NCBI GenBank assembly: GCA_905178155.1
Contig: CAJINV010000014.1
Coordinates: 310,001-373,631, forward strand
Reading direction: 5' to 3'
Length of the DNA: 63,631 bases
From: Amoebophrya sp. A120
Taxonomy: Eukaryota; Protista; Dinoflagellata
Shown here one piece after another: positions 49,134 to 62,200 of this stretch; the first letter of the stretch is position 1; every line of letters starts with the position of its first letter. Position numbers and translations under genes: made by a program. Below the pieces are notes generated by a model, which was given only the letters and a program-made list of their open reading frames with translations, did not search any database and had not been told where the DNA came from.

Positions 49134-49688
49134 GATGATTCTAAAAGGACACGAAAGTAAGGTATTTCATCTCGAGCTGGACATCTCCACGAGACGAGCG
49201 CGTAGCTGAACTTCTTTTTCCATCTTCTTTCGAGTGTTGAACAGAACATTCGTAGTAAAGTTCCAAAAATCACACGAGTCCATCCCTCCGACGCCTCAGT
49301 ACTGGTTGCTTTTCGTACTTCTTTCGAGATTACTCAGCTTGCTCTTGTTTCCCTGCACGACGACTTTTGCAACTGATCACTGCTTCGAGGGTTCTTGTCG
49401 AGGAGGCCTCCCACATTTTCACTTTAAGAAGACTGCACTAGTTCTTCCTCGATCTTCATGTAAACGTCGGGTAGTAGTTATTTTTCTTTCTGGACACAAT
49501 CAATGGTCGTGCAAGTTGCACACTGCTTTTCGCATAAATGATTTGATGTCTTTCACGTCGACGGCTGTGAGAAGTTGGTGAAAGTAGCGCTGGCTCGCGT
49601 CCTACAGATAGACGTGGTTCTGGTAGTACCTCCAGGTTCTTGTTCCTGTCTTGTTACAAGTGGTTCCCGCGGCGGCCCCACCCGCTTT

Positions 49689-52253
49689 TCATTTGTCCTT
49701 CTTGGTTTCTTTCGCAGTGGCAAATTTCTGAACGGGCAGTCCGATTTCTTCGTCGGCGCTCCGCTTCCCACAACAGGTGGAGATGCAAACCACACAGGAC
49801 GGTATCACCTGCAAAAGCAAAAGCTATTCGTACGCTTTTGCACTTTTATGTATATGCAACCTTTCACAATACTTACTGCCGCACTAATATTAATACAAGT
49901 CTCGCCTTTTTTATCCCTTTCGTCTCGGAATTGCGAAGCTGTACATAATGTGCTTTTGCAGTTGCAATTCATAAACAGGATACAAAATCCAAAAACCGCG
50001 GTCATGACAATGACCAGCACCACCACCGTCGCTGCCGCGTGCTCCTCGGTTGGCCGGGCGCCGAGGATGTCCCGCTGGGCCTTCATCAGAACATCCTTCT
50101 ATGGGGGTGTCAGGATCGAAATCGTCAAAATCGAAAAAGTTGTGATGCACAAAATCGATGCCAGTTAGACCCACAGTTTGTAGTCGGCGCATGACAAATT
50201 CTCCCCATCCTGGAGGCGAATCTGTCATGCGGGTTGGGGCAAAAGGGCTGCCTTCTGTCATGCTAGTCAGCAGCCCAACACTTAACCCTTACCAGGACTA
50301 CAATCCGCCTTCCTTGCATCCTCTGCAATAGGGTCGCTTTTTGCGTAGCATTTTATGCATTACAGATCATTTCAACTTTGACGATTTCAATCCTGACGCT
50401 TCCATACCTTCGCGTATTCCTGTAACGGAAGCAAGTGGCTCGCCATTGTGGCGCTCGCAGAGGCAAACATGACTGCTTATTCTTGTCCTTTTCTATTCCT
50501 TTAGACGATTGGTAGACACGAGAAAAACGACGAAAGCAAAAACTGTTGCCTGCCCCACTCTCGTATAAAATCTTTGTGGATCTGCTGTTGCATGCAGTTT
50601 TTCTTTTTGAGCAATGAATACTTCTCTTTTTTTCATATACTCACTCAGCGTCAGCACTGCCGTGTTACTTTCCGTGCGCACATTTCTTTGCGAAAAAAAC
50701 TGAAGCATGAAAAAAATTCTTCACAAGAAAATGAAAAAAAGCATGGATCAAAAACTTATGCAGCACAAAGATGTGGCGTGCCAGTGAAACGGGTCGACGT
50801 AGTTAAGACTGTTGCAAATCAATGTTGAAGCCGAAAGAAGAAGCACCAGTACGACGACCGAATCGAATGATGTAATCCAGCACCAAAAAAAAAAACCAAC
50901 ATCAATGGCGATACCACGACGCTATTCGGTGCCCGCTTTTGCAGTCGAAGCCTTAGCGTTTGCTTGTTGTAAGTGTACGCCAAATATTAGAAAACTTCTT
51001 TTCTTGAGCAGCTGTGTTTAATCAATGAAATCCGCGGTGCTTCTCAAAAACACAGTCCTGAGCTGTGCGGTACAAAATGATACATCCCGTAAAAATGCTG
51101 CTATGCTTCTTGTTGCAATGAGCAAGTCATTCCTCTTCTTGCAGTTGCGTGGCAAAGTGTAAATTTTGAGGAACAACCTCAAAACAGGGTACTTGGCGAA
51201 CGTTAAAAACAGGGTATCATGCTGAGTCGCGCTCGCAGCCTTATTGCAAGGAACAGTGGAAATGCATTCTTTTCCGTTCTTTCCTTTTACTATTTACAAA
51301 ATAGTGCAACTTTCCAAGTCCTCGCTCGCTCGCTTTTCCATATCAAATGCAAATATGTCTGGGTCTGGAAGATTCTAAACTTGTGATGCTGTCTCCGGAT
51401 TCGAAAAAGATTTGTATTGCATGACCAGAAAGAGAACTCCAGTTTGTGCTCCGCGGAAAGGGCATTTCTCATGCGGAATAGGCATTACGAAGCCCTCTAA
51501 GAATCTGTGATGCTGGGGCATGCATTACAAACATCATGGGCTGTGCAAAATATGCATGACAAACCTGGCAATCTGCCAGACCTAGACATATTTGCAGTTC
51601 ATATTCCATCATGTGCACCATTTTCGCAAATCGCTCCTTTGCCTTCTCTATCCTGTGCAAAAAGTATCGTAGTAGTCGAACTTGCACTACAAATGTTTCC
51701 AAGAGCGAAAATGGAGTTTGTAATGCTGATTTTGCTTAGGAGTGGGATTTGTCATGCATGATCGCAATTACCACCAGTACGATACTTTTGCACAGGATAT
51801 TCTCCTGGTCGTAGCTTTCCCCCTGTTTTTCCTTCTTCTCCACCTCGAGGTCGATGTACTCCGCGACGATTGCCCTCTGCTTCGCGTGGAGGCTTTCGTA
51901 GCGGTATGAGACTACACAACTGGTGCCTCTCTTCGCTCCTGACTTGAAAGGCGGGAACAGCAATAGAAACGCCTACAAATAACATCAACATGGAGCCTCA
52001 GCATGACAAGTTCTTAATTATGCGACGCATGTATCAGTAATAGTTTGGCTGCTTCCGGAATTTGTCATGCAAACACAAACAGCGCCACAAGGACGATTGG
52101 AGTTGGTGTTTTGCACGAGGGAATCGTGCATGAGAAGAACTATCTAGAGGAAGCTGTGCACTCTCATAAGCGTTGCTGGAAGTTCAGATTTGCCTCCTCA
52201 TCCATCGCGGGAAGCGACGGGAGACGGCTACACAGCTCGGAGTAGGCCACCAT
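49689..52253 (-). CDS. Hypothetical protein with C-terminal transmembrane helix, multi-exon
   Basis: In-frame joins FQQR|YESLHAKQ, YDQEK|AKERFAKMVHMME|KRASE and EYAKD|VLMKAQR..VVVLVIVMTAVFGF across introners. Middle exons and start are uncertain. Confidence 0.55.
50100..50406. mobile_element. Introner family H
   Basis: ~37-bp TIR tatgggggtgtcaggatcgaaatcgtcaaa..tttgacgatttcaatcctgacgcttccata; TSD ccttc. Confidence 0.9.
51341..51603. mobile_element. Introner family A
   Basis: TIR as family A; TSD ttcca. Confidence 0.9.
51649..51799. mobile_element. Introner family B
   Basis: tatcctgtgcaaaa..ttttgcacaggata; TSD ttctc. Confidence 0.9.
51905..52168. mobile_element. Introner family E-like
   Basis: tatgagactacaca..tgtgcactctcata; TSD agcgg/agcgt; restores QQRY|ES. 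Confidence 0.75.
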
Positions 52254-53040
52254 TTCAAAAGTGTCTTGCAGCTGCGCTCACGTAGAAAAACTATGGATCA
52301 AGCAGAACCGCCTGTTTCTTTTGTATAAAAGTACACAACTAAGACGGAGGTAAACTATTGTCGCTGACAACCAGCGCAACTAGATCTAGATAGTGCTTCC
52401 GGAGGCGGGTTGTACTACTTTAGCGGTCTATCGAGGTGATGTAGGACCAACATTCACATTGATATATCTCATGTTGTCCCGCGCGCCGCAACAACAGTCT
52501 ACTAGTGAGTACCCCTGCATCTACTTGTTCGTGCCTGCGCTCATGAAAATCTTGAGCAGCTGCTTTTCCAACGCTTTGCCAGAACGACGAGGTAAGTACT
52601 ACTTCCTTACTCGTCAACCGAGGGAATTTAGGGAAGAACAAAGACAAAGAACCCCGACGAACACCATCTGTGAGAATGTTCATCCTTGTTTGAGCTATGC
52701 TGTTCAACAAACAAAGCATGCGGATTCTTGTTGATAAGCACCTCGATAGAGGACAGTGCTCGTTCTTGTTTTTCAACTCTATGATCACGGTCAGTACTAT
52801 GTTCATAAAATCTATTTTGTCCGACGTAGTTTCAACCTTGTCATCTTTCATGTCGCTGCTCTAAGTAGAGCGTGCACTCGAATTACTTACATCGGTAGGT
52901 GCGTTGAAATGTCGCTATATTGGGAACTTTTGCCTTTGCACTTTCCAACGAAAAGCAATGGGACTGGTTTTCTTGCATATCGTATGTTTCATCCTCGCTC
53001 GTCCTTTTCGTTCGCACTCACTGGTTGACTCCTTCTTGAA

Positions 53041-55248
53041 TCAAAACAAATATCCCTCTTCGTTACCCGCCGAAAAATGTGCCTGCAGCTCCCGCAGCTC
53101 GTCCTGCTCCAGGATCTGCTCCGAAGCATTCGCAGCCCCGCCGAAACGGTGCATAATCTTTCCCAAACTTTCCTCCACGCTGCCGAATATGCTTCTTCTT
53201 GAGCTGTAACTGTTGCCTTGTGAAGATGATGAGCATGACTCTGGTCTCCGGAACAGAGTGACCCGGTTGTCGAGCTGCTTGTACTGCGTTCTCACTACAT
53301 TAGGCTTCATCGGCCCACTGCTGACGACGCATTTACTTCGCCCTTGGATATCCTCGGTTTCGATCAAAATCCGTTTTGTCCTCGCGGTCTCGTCCGGAAT
53401 TGGGTAAAATTTCGGCAACACCACTGCAGGCAAAGCCTCGCGGAGGAACGGGAATTTGTGCTGCTCGAAGGCGGAAGAATTTCCCGTGTAGTTGTGAAAA
53501 TGCTTGTTCGACGGCAAGAACGACGACGAAACTCCTTGCCACACAGCTGCCGACTGCGGTCGCACGAGGTTGAAAAGTCGGATACGCTCATCTCGGTCTG
53601 CGGGCAGCAAAAGGGGGCAAGTAGAACTGGCTCTGTTTCCACTTTGCGTTGTACTTCGAACAACACCAGTGCCGCTTTCTTGTCTTTGCCGCTGGTAGTC
53701 TCCGTACGTGCTGTAGCTACCGACGCTTCTCGCATACGCAAGCGATCTATTTACGTCCCACAATCCCATCGAGTCCGAGGGGCGGAAGTTCTTGTCCGAA
53801 ATCGAATATTGTTCGGTCGCTAGTACATTGTCTACTCCAGCCGGCGGTTTCACACTTCCCGCGAACAGCTCCTTCGTCACGAACTCGAAGGACCGCCAAA
53901 AGGTGCTGCTGCTTGGGAAAAACGGGGAAAAGGAAGTCAGCATTGAGTGTGCGGCCAGTGCGATGTCCGCCGTCGCGTGGAAGAGATGGGGGGTTCGTTG
54001 CTGGATTGTGGACCTACACGCGCTCCTCTTGTCCAGCTCGCAGGGAAAGAAGCAGTCCAGCAACCGTTCGTCGCTGCTGGACATGACGCTCTTGAGAAAC
54101 CGCGCCCGTGACAGGTCCTGGTAGCGGAAAACAGCCTCTTCGTGCATACTAGTACCGCTGGCTGTCGTCCCAGAACTGCTCTGCTGCGAAGGAGAAGTAG
54201 AGCCTCCTCGATCGAACAGCTCGACCCCCACTGTGCACAGCTTCGGCTGCTCCTCGCGCAGGTACTGCAGGATGTACACTGCCAAGTCCGAGTAGTCGAG
54301 GCGCGCCGTGTCGGCGAACAAGTGCGCGGTGTCCAGTCGGTCGCAGGACTCCAACGCTTTCCGCACGTATCGATCCTCGATTGCATCCAGTTCCGCCCTC
54401 TCGAAGGTGGAGCTCGAACTAGTACTTGAAGAAGCGGCGCCAGCAGCCCCGCTGGTACAGCCTACCTGGTTTTGTCGCTCGTAGAAGGTGTATTTCGGTA
54501 GGTAGTCGAGCAGCAGGTAGTCCGACCAGTAGCGAAGCTCAGAATGCTCAGGCTGCGTCCGTCCAGAGGAAATACTGGAATTTTTATGCGGAGTCATCCT
54601 CCGAACTTTCCGCGGGCTGGGATTTCCCTGATAGTTCGCACTGCGATAATTTTTTCCGATGTTGTGATGCTCCTCTCCGTCGGATATCTCAGATCCCGAG
54701 GACCACGCATCTTCCTCTTCGCCGATAGGAGCGAGCCCCAGCCGACTATACGGGTGTCGGTAGATCGCGTCCTGCTCCACCCTCTTGCAGTGGAAGGACT
54801 TCTGCAAACGCTCGAAATAAGGCTCCTCGTCGTCGTGATTAGGAGCCAAGAAAGACTCGCCCTGCTCGACTTCCATCTGTGATGCAACATGAAGACCACT
54901 AGTCGTCCTACTATCCTCTTTCAACACGAAATTGGACGTGCCGTCTTCGCAATTCAGACCCCCCGAGGCGCCCTTGTCGTCTACGGCGATGACGCGGGGG
55001 TAGTACAGATCTGTCTTTTCGTCGAGGTCGTGATAAAGATTTGGTCCACTCTGGGTTGTCGTCCCATTGCTGGAGTTCTCAACCTTCCGCATCGCCTCCA
55101 CATGGTACGTGGCAGCTTCCAGATTCCAGAAATGAACACCCGCGTGATTTGCCGCCGGACCGAGCTGGAGGGTAATGGTCTCGCCGCCGCGGCGGGATTG
55201 TTGGAACGCGGCGTCCATATAGCCGCTCCCGCCGCCGGAGAGCGCCAT
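53041..55248 (-). CDS. MSTO1: Misato/DML1 tubulin/FtsZ-like protein, intronless
   Basis: ETITLQLGPAANHAGVHFWNLE, YPRVIAVDDKG, LRYWSDYL, DRYVRKALESCDRLD are Misato-family motifs; first ATG at 55248. Confidence 0.85.
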   Translation of the reverse strand: MALSGGGSGYMDAAFQQSRRGGETITLQLGPAANHAGVHFWNLEAATYHVEAMRKVENSSNGTTTQSGPNLYHDLDEKTDLYYPRVIAVDDKGASGGLNCEDGTSNFVLKEDSRTTSGLHVASQMEVEQGESFLAPNHDDEEPYFERLQKSFHCKRVEQDAIYRHPYSRLGLAPIGEEEDAWSSGSEISDGEEHHNIGKNYRSANYQGNPSPRKVRRMTPHKNSSISSGRTQPEHSELRYWSDYLLLDYLPKYTFYERQNQVGCTSGAAGAASSSTSSSSTFERAELDAIEDRYVRKALESCDRLDTAHLFADTARLDYSDLAVYILQYLREEQPKLCTVGVELFDRGGSTSPSQQSSSGTTASGTSMHEEAVFRYQDLSRARFLKSVMSSSDERLLDCFFPCELDKRSACRSTIQQRTPHLFHATADIALAAHSMLTSFSPFFPSSSTFWRSFEFVTKELFAGSVKPPAGVDNVLATEQYSISDKNFRPSDSMGLWDVNRSLAYARSVGSYSTYGDYQRQRQESGTGVVRSTTQSGNRASSTCPLLLPADRDERIRLFNLVRPQSAAVWQGVSSSFLPSNKHFHNYTGNSSAFEQHKFPFLREALPAVVLPKFYPIPDETARTKRILIETEDIQGRSKCVVSSGPMKPNVVRTQYKQLDNRVTLFRRPESCSSSSQGNSYSSRRSIFGSVEESLGKIMHRFGGAANASEQILEQDELRELQAHFSAGNEEGYLF

Positions 55249-56348
55249 GTCGTGATGATACACCTCCGAAGTAGAGTGGTGAAAACTGTTGAAGGAAGAT
55301 GACTAGAAGGAAGTAAACTACTTCAGAGAACACCGATTAAGTACTTTCGTGCTCGAAAAAGTCAGGACACGGTGGGGTCCAAACAGAATCACTGTGTAGA
55401 GCTGCACGGAAAGGATGAATATGATGACCACGCAACATAATTCTGCTAGCAACAGAAACTTAAAACATGCCATAAGAGTGAACCACCAAATTTCATTAAC
55501 AACGAGAGCGATTTAGATCGGAGGATTTCATCACACAGACATGCTCTAAAAAACCGACTTCGAAAAGATGAGAGATGGATCACCCTTGATTTCATCGACC
55601 TTGCATTGATTTAGATACTTTTAGTGATAGATTCTGGATCGATCTTGCGGCAATGATTCTGAGATTTTTGCCCCTACCGCGTCATGTGATCTTCGTTGCA
55701 AGTGCTCTGTTCAGCAGGAGTGCGCGTTTAGAATTTTAAAGTACTGACGGAGACGGAAGACTCAAAAAATTGACGACCTTTGAGGCAATGGAAAATGCAC
55801 AGGCAGAGACGAGCTGTAAATTTGGCATGAGCAATAAATGATTTTCACAAGAAAGGGAGCGAGCCCGAATGTTTTCGTAGAACAACAAATCTTCAATCCG
55901 CGAAGCCCACGCTGCGGAGGCATGCTTCTCTGCACTACAGGGCTGCTCTGTCAGTATGTTCACTATCTCCTCATCTCATTTTTCAGTTTTCATCGTCATC
56001 TCTACAATAGTTTTCGTTTTCTCCGTGCACTGTCGTACTTCAACTTTCTGGCGACAATTCATCTCAGACACTTGAAGACAGCACAGAGCTTTTCATCACT
56101 TTACGCTCAATCTAACCGAATAATCTCCGAGTGGTCGTGAGTAAGCCTATTCCATCAAAACAGTTTTTCCACACGACATCATCATAATCCCGCCTTGCGT
56201 CGCTACAAAGTCGACGCGTCGGCCAACTGCTAGAAACAGCCCGAGTCTCTCGTCGTATCGAAGAGTTATTGCGCCGTCAAAAGAAGTCGCACAACAGGCC
56301 GAAAGTGATGCTCCGCGGCCCGATAATTTTTGCTAAATCAGCAGTAAT

Positions 56349-56987
56349 TTAGTTTCCCGGCAGGGTGCGGATGATGTCACTGTCACCCGGGTCGATGATG
56401 GACATAACACCGCAGCGGAAGTACTTACCGCAGGTGGTTCCGAGGTCGTTGTTGGTTCCTGTTGATGTAAAGTTTCGCAAAATTCTTGATAGCTTCCCCT
56501 TCCACCAATCACGTCATGAACATCAGATCTGCTCTTTTCACTCTGTACTTACAATTTGCCAGTAGAATCGGCGTAGTGGATAAGAATCATGTCTCTACTC
56601 CTCGTCGTCGCACAGAGCTCAAGAAGTCATCCCTTCACTGACGCATGGATAGAATCGCATTCACTCAAGTTGTGAGAGGACGACCGAAATCTTTAGATTT
56701 AGAATATGATGGCGGTACACTACATATGATAATATTGGCAAAAATTTAGAAAAATAAATTATTATACCCGGAAAGTGGTAGACGCCGGTCTTGCCCAACA
56801 TGGCGTAGTACTCGATCTCGGACTTGGTCAGGGCCGGGCAGTTGGAGGCGATGATGACCAACTTGGATTTTCCCGACCGGAGGGTCTTCAGGGTGGACTT
56901 GTACCCCAAAGTGTACTTACCGGACTTGATGACCAGACCCAGGCGCTGGCCGATGGATTCCTGGCTGTTCTTAGCTTTCGGAGCCAT
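56349..56987 (-). CDS. RPL30: 60S ribosomal protein L30 (eL30), two exons, GT-AG intron 56459-56767
   Basis: [54 protein letters not shown]|[29 protein letters not shown]. Confidence 0.97.
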
Positions 56988-58206
56988 TTTCGCGAGAGAG
57001 AAGGGTCTGCTGATGAGATGAGATCAGAGATAATGCTCTTACTACTTTTCTTACGAAAAGAGGTCCCTGTGTGCGTGGTTTTTCGATAAGAAGTGGTTGA
57101 GAAGTAGTGGAGGTTATCGCTTTCCTTTTCTCAACATCTAAAACGGAGATCACTTGAAGGGCCATCGCCATTCGGTTTTGAATTACATTTCGCTTCTTTC
57201 ACAGGATCTGGCCGAGGAGGAGCTCGTCGGCTACGAAATAAGCCTTCTGATCTTTGAAAGTTCATCTGTGCCTTTTTCGTCCGCACCGGATAATATGAAT
57301 TTGTGCTGATCTTTAAATTTTGAGGATCGAGCGCAGAGTCGGCAAAATCAAAATAAATCGACATTTGGATCTTTAGATCGAACTCAGGTTACCCTTCGCT
57401 CCTGAAAAAAGGAAGGATCTTGTCTGTGTTAACGTGGAGAACCTTAATATGTGTGATCTTGTCTTTTTTGAACTTCCCTTGACCTTTAGGTTTCGATAAC
57501 GATCTTTATTTCCGTAGAGATCCTGTGCAAACCAACATCCAGTTCTACAATTTTCTCATGCTCGGGCTGCAGTGCTACCATCGATCGAAGCGACAACTGC
57601 AAAATAAGTACCTGCCTGCGTCAGTACACAACGTCACTTCTAAGCTTGGATATAGGCACTACTTCAAAGTGAACAAGGAAGTAGCAGGTCGCCGAGTAAT
57701 ATTCCAACCTGGTGCGTCTTGTCTTTGACGACACGCGCACGAATGAAAAAACCGGATCTAAATCAATCACTCTCGTGATCGTGCACAACATTTTCAGCTC
57801 TCCTCTCCGTCGTGAAGATTGCAATCATACACATTCCAAAGCAGCCCTGTAATTCAAGAGGATTTTAAATTTGATTCGAAATGCTCCTTGGAGACAATAT
57901 CCTGAAACTCAAACATTTTCGATTAGTTGTCCATGTCTCGCACAGACTTACATGACATTACTGTCGCGACTAGAAACTCCCACAGTTGATGAAGTAGCTA
58001 AAATATAATCGCAATACTTGTTGTTCCGGGCGTTGCTGCATTTAGATTTACTGGAGATACACAACAAAGAGCTTCAGTTCGTGCTTCTTCGTCGTGCCTT
58101 ACTTACGATAAAATGGCAGGCACACAGTGACCGTCCTGCGTGATAGCGCAACTATAAATCAGCGCCAGCCTCTAAGGTTCTATCAATTATACGCCCAAGA
58201 TACTTA

Positions 58207-58650
58207 TCACTTCAAAATGGACGTCGCTCTATGTCCACCCCGCTGTTGTAATAGCCGCGGCAGTGGATTTAGATTTTGCTGACCGCTCCCCGGACGAGAT
58301 CCCTTCTTCATCACGCGATCGCGCCGCAAGGCGCTCTTCTGGAGGTCCAACCGCGTCGCGAGAGAAGTGCCGTGAAAGTCCTGCATCAGATTCTCCTTGA
58401 GATACTGAAATTTGTGTTCGCGGTAGTCGTCATTCATTTTAGTCAGCGGCAAGTTCTCCTCAGAGCTGTTTTCTCCGTCTTGTGTCTTGCCACAACTCGG
58501 GACTACTTCAAAAGCACCAGGAGTTGAGCGCTCCGCTGCCTCTGCGGCCTCGATTTCTTCATCTTCATCGCCCTGTTGTCCTGCTTCTTGTTTCATGATC
58601 CCTTCCACTTGTTTTTCGGTGCCGTGGAGATTCTTCTTCGCGGCTACCAC
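58207..58650 (-). CDS. Exon of a small gene, possibly proteasome maturation factor UMP1/POMP-like
   Basis: NLMQDFHGTSLATRLDLQKSAL loosely resembles the UMP1 core; gene boundaries unresolved. Confidence 0.3.
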   Translation of the reverse strand: MVAAKKNLHGTEKQVEGIMKQEAGQQGDEDEEIEAAEAAERSTPGAFEVVPSCGKTQDGENSSEENLPLTKMNDDYREHKFQYLKENLMQDFHGTSLATRLDLQKSALRRDRVMKKGSRPGSGQQNLNPLPRLLQQRGGHRATSILK

Positions 58651-59252
58651 TTCACCGATAGGCTATGGAAAGGAAGAAAAAGCCAACTTGAAGAGTCACT
58701 TCTCAATCTTGTTGCGCGAGTTCTTGTGCGGTGTCCAGGAAGATTATGATCGTGGTTTCGTTGCATACTGATCCAATGAAGTCGGGACTCTCGGGCGGTC
58801 CTCTGAGCCTCTACAGCTACAACGTGAGTCCTCTGAGCCACTCCAGCCGCTTTATGTTTGTAGCAGCTACAGAAGAACAAGAATCGCAAAGAACTACATT
58901 TAGATAAAATAAGGTACGAGTCATGCAGCAAATGTATCACCGTTACATCATCTCTCAGCGTATACTTAAAAACGCTGGAGATAGGAAGAGGCGAGTTTTT
59001 TTAGGGCGGCTAAACGGGTTGGCAATCTGCATTCTAGTCAACAGAATCCAAACGGAGGCCGCCCACATTCTCGTGTGGCACGTTCTTGTATAGATAGTAG
59101 TTGATCTTTCCGCTACTTGAGCTTTCGCAATGTTCTTGCAATAATTTAGATTTAGAAAATTGAGGCTCCAGGATCTTCATCTGCACTTGCGAACATACAC
59201 GGAATTCAACAAAGTGATCTCTTCTTACCCCACAGGAATCAATTAACCACGC

Positions 59253-62200
59253 TTAAGTCAAAAAGCTGGCTTTTTCCTTTCCTACTTCAGAGACGTCATC
59301 AAAGAAATCAGATTCATACTCGTCGCTTATTTCTCCGGCGCCGTCGTAGTTAGTCGTTCCCAGATCTGCTGACTTCTGTATCGATATCGCCCCGATAGTT
59401 ACACTGGATGTTATGTCTGCAGAGGATGTGCCACTACTTTGTCGCGCTCCATCCCCGAGCTTTGCGGTTTGTTTCGACAGAGAACTAGGATACGTTGAAG
59501 AAGTCATCTTTATTGGCGGTGACCCTTCACCCAGAATTTCCGCATTCGGCAACACTGCAACTCTCGCTATAAATGAAGATGCTGCAGGAGCTCCTGTCAT
59601 GTAGTCTTCTTGCCGTGAAGAAGGTTTTTTTCCCGTTTTTCCCATGGTGTTGTCTTCGAATTTTCTCCCTCGGTCCAACTCCCGCTTGCTCTGGTGCTGC
59701 TTGATGTTCTCCAAAAAGTGAGCGCCAGGGGCAGCAGAGTCGACATTTTGAACCTTTTCTTTACGAGGAAGACCTGGAGTTTCCTCCTCCTCTACTAGAC
59801 TCGGAGACGACGACGACGATGTATCAAATGTAAAAATGTCTGGGTCTGGAAGATTAGAACTTGTCATGCTAAATCTAAATGATTCAAAAATCTGTGTTGC
59901 GTGAGTGCCAAAAGCTGTCCGGTTTTGACCAAGTTGTGAGGGAGTTTCTCATGCAGGAAAGGCATGATAGAGACCTCAGAGAATCTGTCATGCTGGGTCT
60001 CGTATTCCAGACCTCATGGGTCATGGAAAGCCTGCATCACAAATCTTGCATTCTTCCAGACCCAGACATTTTTGCATTTGATACGATGTTGACCAGGCTG
60101 ATTGTTCCCCGATGTCCTCCGAGCTGTAGATCGAAAGAGGGGAGGTAACTGCCGGCTCCGGGATGTGTAAAATGTCTTGCTCGAATTTTTCCTGCAAAAA
60201 CGTCTCGTCTCCTCGACACAGAAGCATATTTCCTGCTCCCTCGGAAGCAGTGACAGTGGTTTTTGGTTTTGGAGATGTTGAAACTGAAGCTGAAACAAGA
60301 ACGCCCGAAGTGGATGCGATTTCGATTTCTGGTGACGACGGTTGCTGCGGCGCGTGTCCCGCCACCTCGTCGGACCGATTGTCTTCGAAGTCGTCGATTT
60401 CCGAATAGTGGTATACTGAAGAGGTTTGTTGTTGTTCCTGCAGGTGGTCCTCACGAGGACCCAGGACGCGTTTTTGTCCCCCGTCGACTGCTTCGTCTCG
60501 TTCTTGGTCCATTTTTCCGGCTGCCATGTTCTTATCCGTCGTCTGCCCATTTGATGTTGTGCCTGCTAGAATTACTATCTCCGCCCCAGTTTGCAGATCA
60601 TCAGTTTCTTGTATTTCCACATGACTTCTTTTGCTCGTCCTGCTGGTCGTCAGACAAAACTCATCCGACGCGGTGGGAATACCGGCCGTTGTTGCTACGT
60701 CGTCCGCGGCAGCAATGTCACTATGGCTGCTACCACCTTTTGGCGTGGTGACTTCTAACACGGCGGCCGACGCTGACAACGTTTCGCTCTCAGGAGCCAG
60801 AGTTGCAAAACGGCCCGGCTCTTCTTCATGTTCTTCAGGAGAAGTGGTAGTGGTACAGATCTGTCCAGAAGCTATTCCTTGTCCGACTGCAGGATGAGGA
60901 CCAGGACCTGCCGTTGCAGCTTCCGCGTCGGTGTAGAAGTTCTCCAGTGGTTTATTGTCTTTCTCAGCAAGAAGATCTCCTTCTTCACTCTCTGCCTTTC
61001 CTACAGCAACATCGTTTTCCGCAATCTGCCTCTTCAGCTCCGCGATGTTCTTTTCGATTTTTTCTATCTCCGCCTGCTCGACCTCCCCTTGTTCTCCGCC
61101 CAAGAAGGATTTTTGGTCTCCCACCTCCAACACCTTTTCGCCTACAAGACCTCCAGACGAGGAACGGAGCATCAAGTCCGCGACGACTTCTCCCGCGATG
61201 TCGTGGTTCGTACTTTTCTGCTGTGATTTCACGGAGTAGGGGGAGGCTGGATCATCTGCGTCGAGGAAATCCAATTCCGGATGTTGTTGAAACAGTCCTG
61301 TTTCCTTGTACAACTCAGCTGGGCCACAGCCGGAGCTGGTCGTTGCTCTCCTGGGCAGTTCGTTTGGCTCCTCGTCCACTGCGTCGAATGCAAGATCGTA
61401 GTCGTCCGCGCCTGCTGTAGCAGAAGAGGAAGTTCGGTTCTGCACCTGCGGTCGTTGTTGTACACTACGACCCGCATAATTATGCAGATCTAGCTCCAAA
61501 GTTGCACCACTGTCACTGTGATGTGCAGACGATTGCACGTACTGTTTTCGGACTTGTTCTGCGGAGTTGTAGGGAGCCGCCCAATTTGAAGAAGGCACAG
61601 CTGAACACTGTTTGTCTTTCTCTCTGAGCGAAGAAGTACTACAACTACCGGGGTCTTCAAGAACTGCAGCAGGCGCGCCTTGGTGCTCAATCGGTGTTAG
61701 ACTCGCACTCTGCGGTCTGCAGGAGCTCCGTTTGATGCGCGAAGAACTGCTGGGGCGTTGAAATGACTTGCCAGAATTCCCTGTAGAAATGTTGTTTGAA
61801 GACAGGAGCGTCGTTGCTGCCGTAGAAGCACCACTACCACCGGTTGTAACGATGAAATTGTAGTGCTCGTGGGTCATCATCGTCGTCGCGTCTTGTCCGT
61901 GTGTAGTTGACCTTGCGTCGAATGTTGACTTTGATGCAGGAACTACATCCGCAGATGAAGCGTTCACAATTTTCTGTCGCGCATTAAACATCTTTTCCGG
62001 CGACTGTGAGACGGAGCGGGAGAAGGCGTTAGTGTTCCCTCCGTCCGGATCGTCATCTTCGAAAATCCCCAGATCCGCCTCGGACAAAACTTCCTCATCT
62101 TCATCAGCATAATTTGTCGAAGAAACATGAGGGACGTTCGTGTCATGCTGGTGTCCTGTACCCCTAAAACTCGGAAAAGTTGACGCAACGCCTCCTCGCG

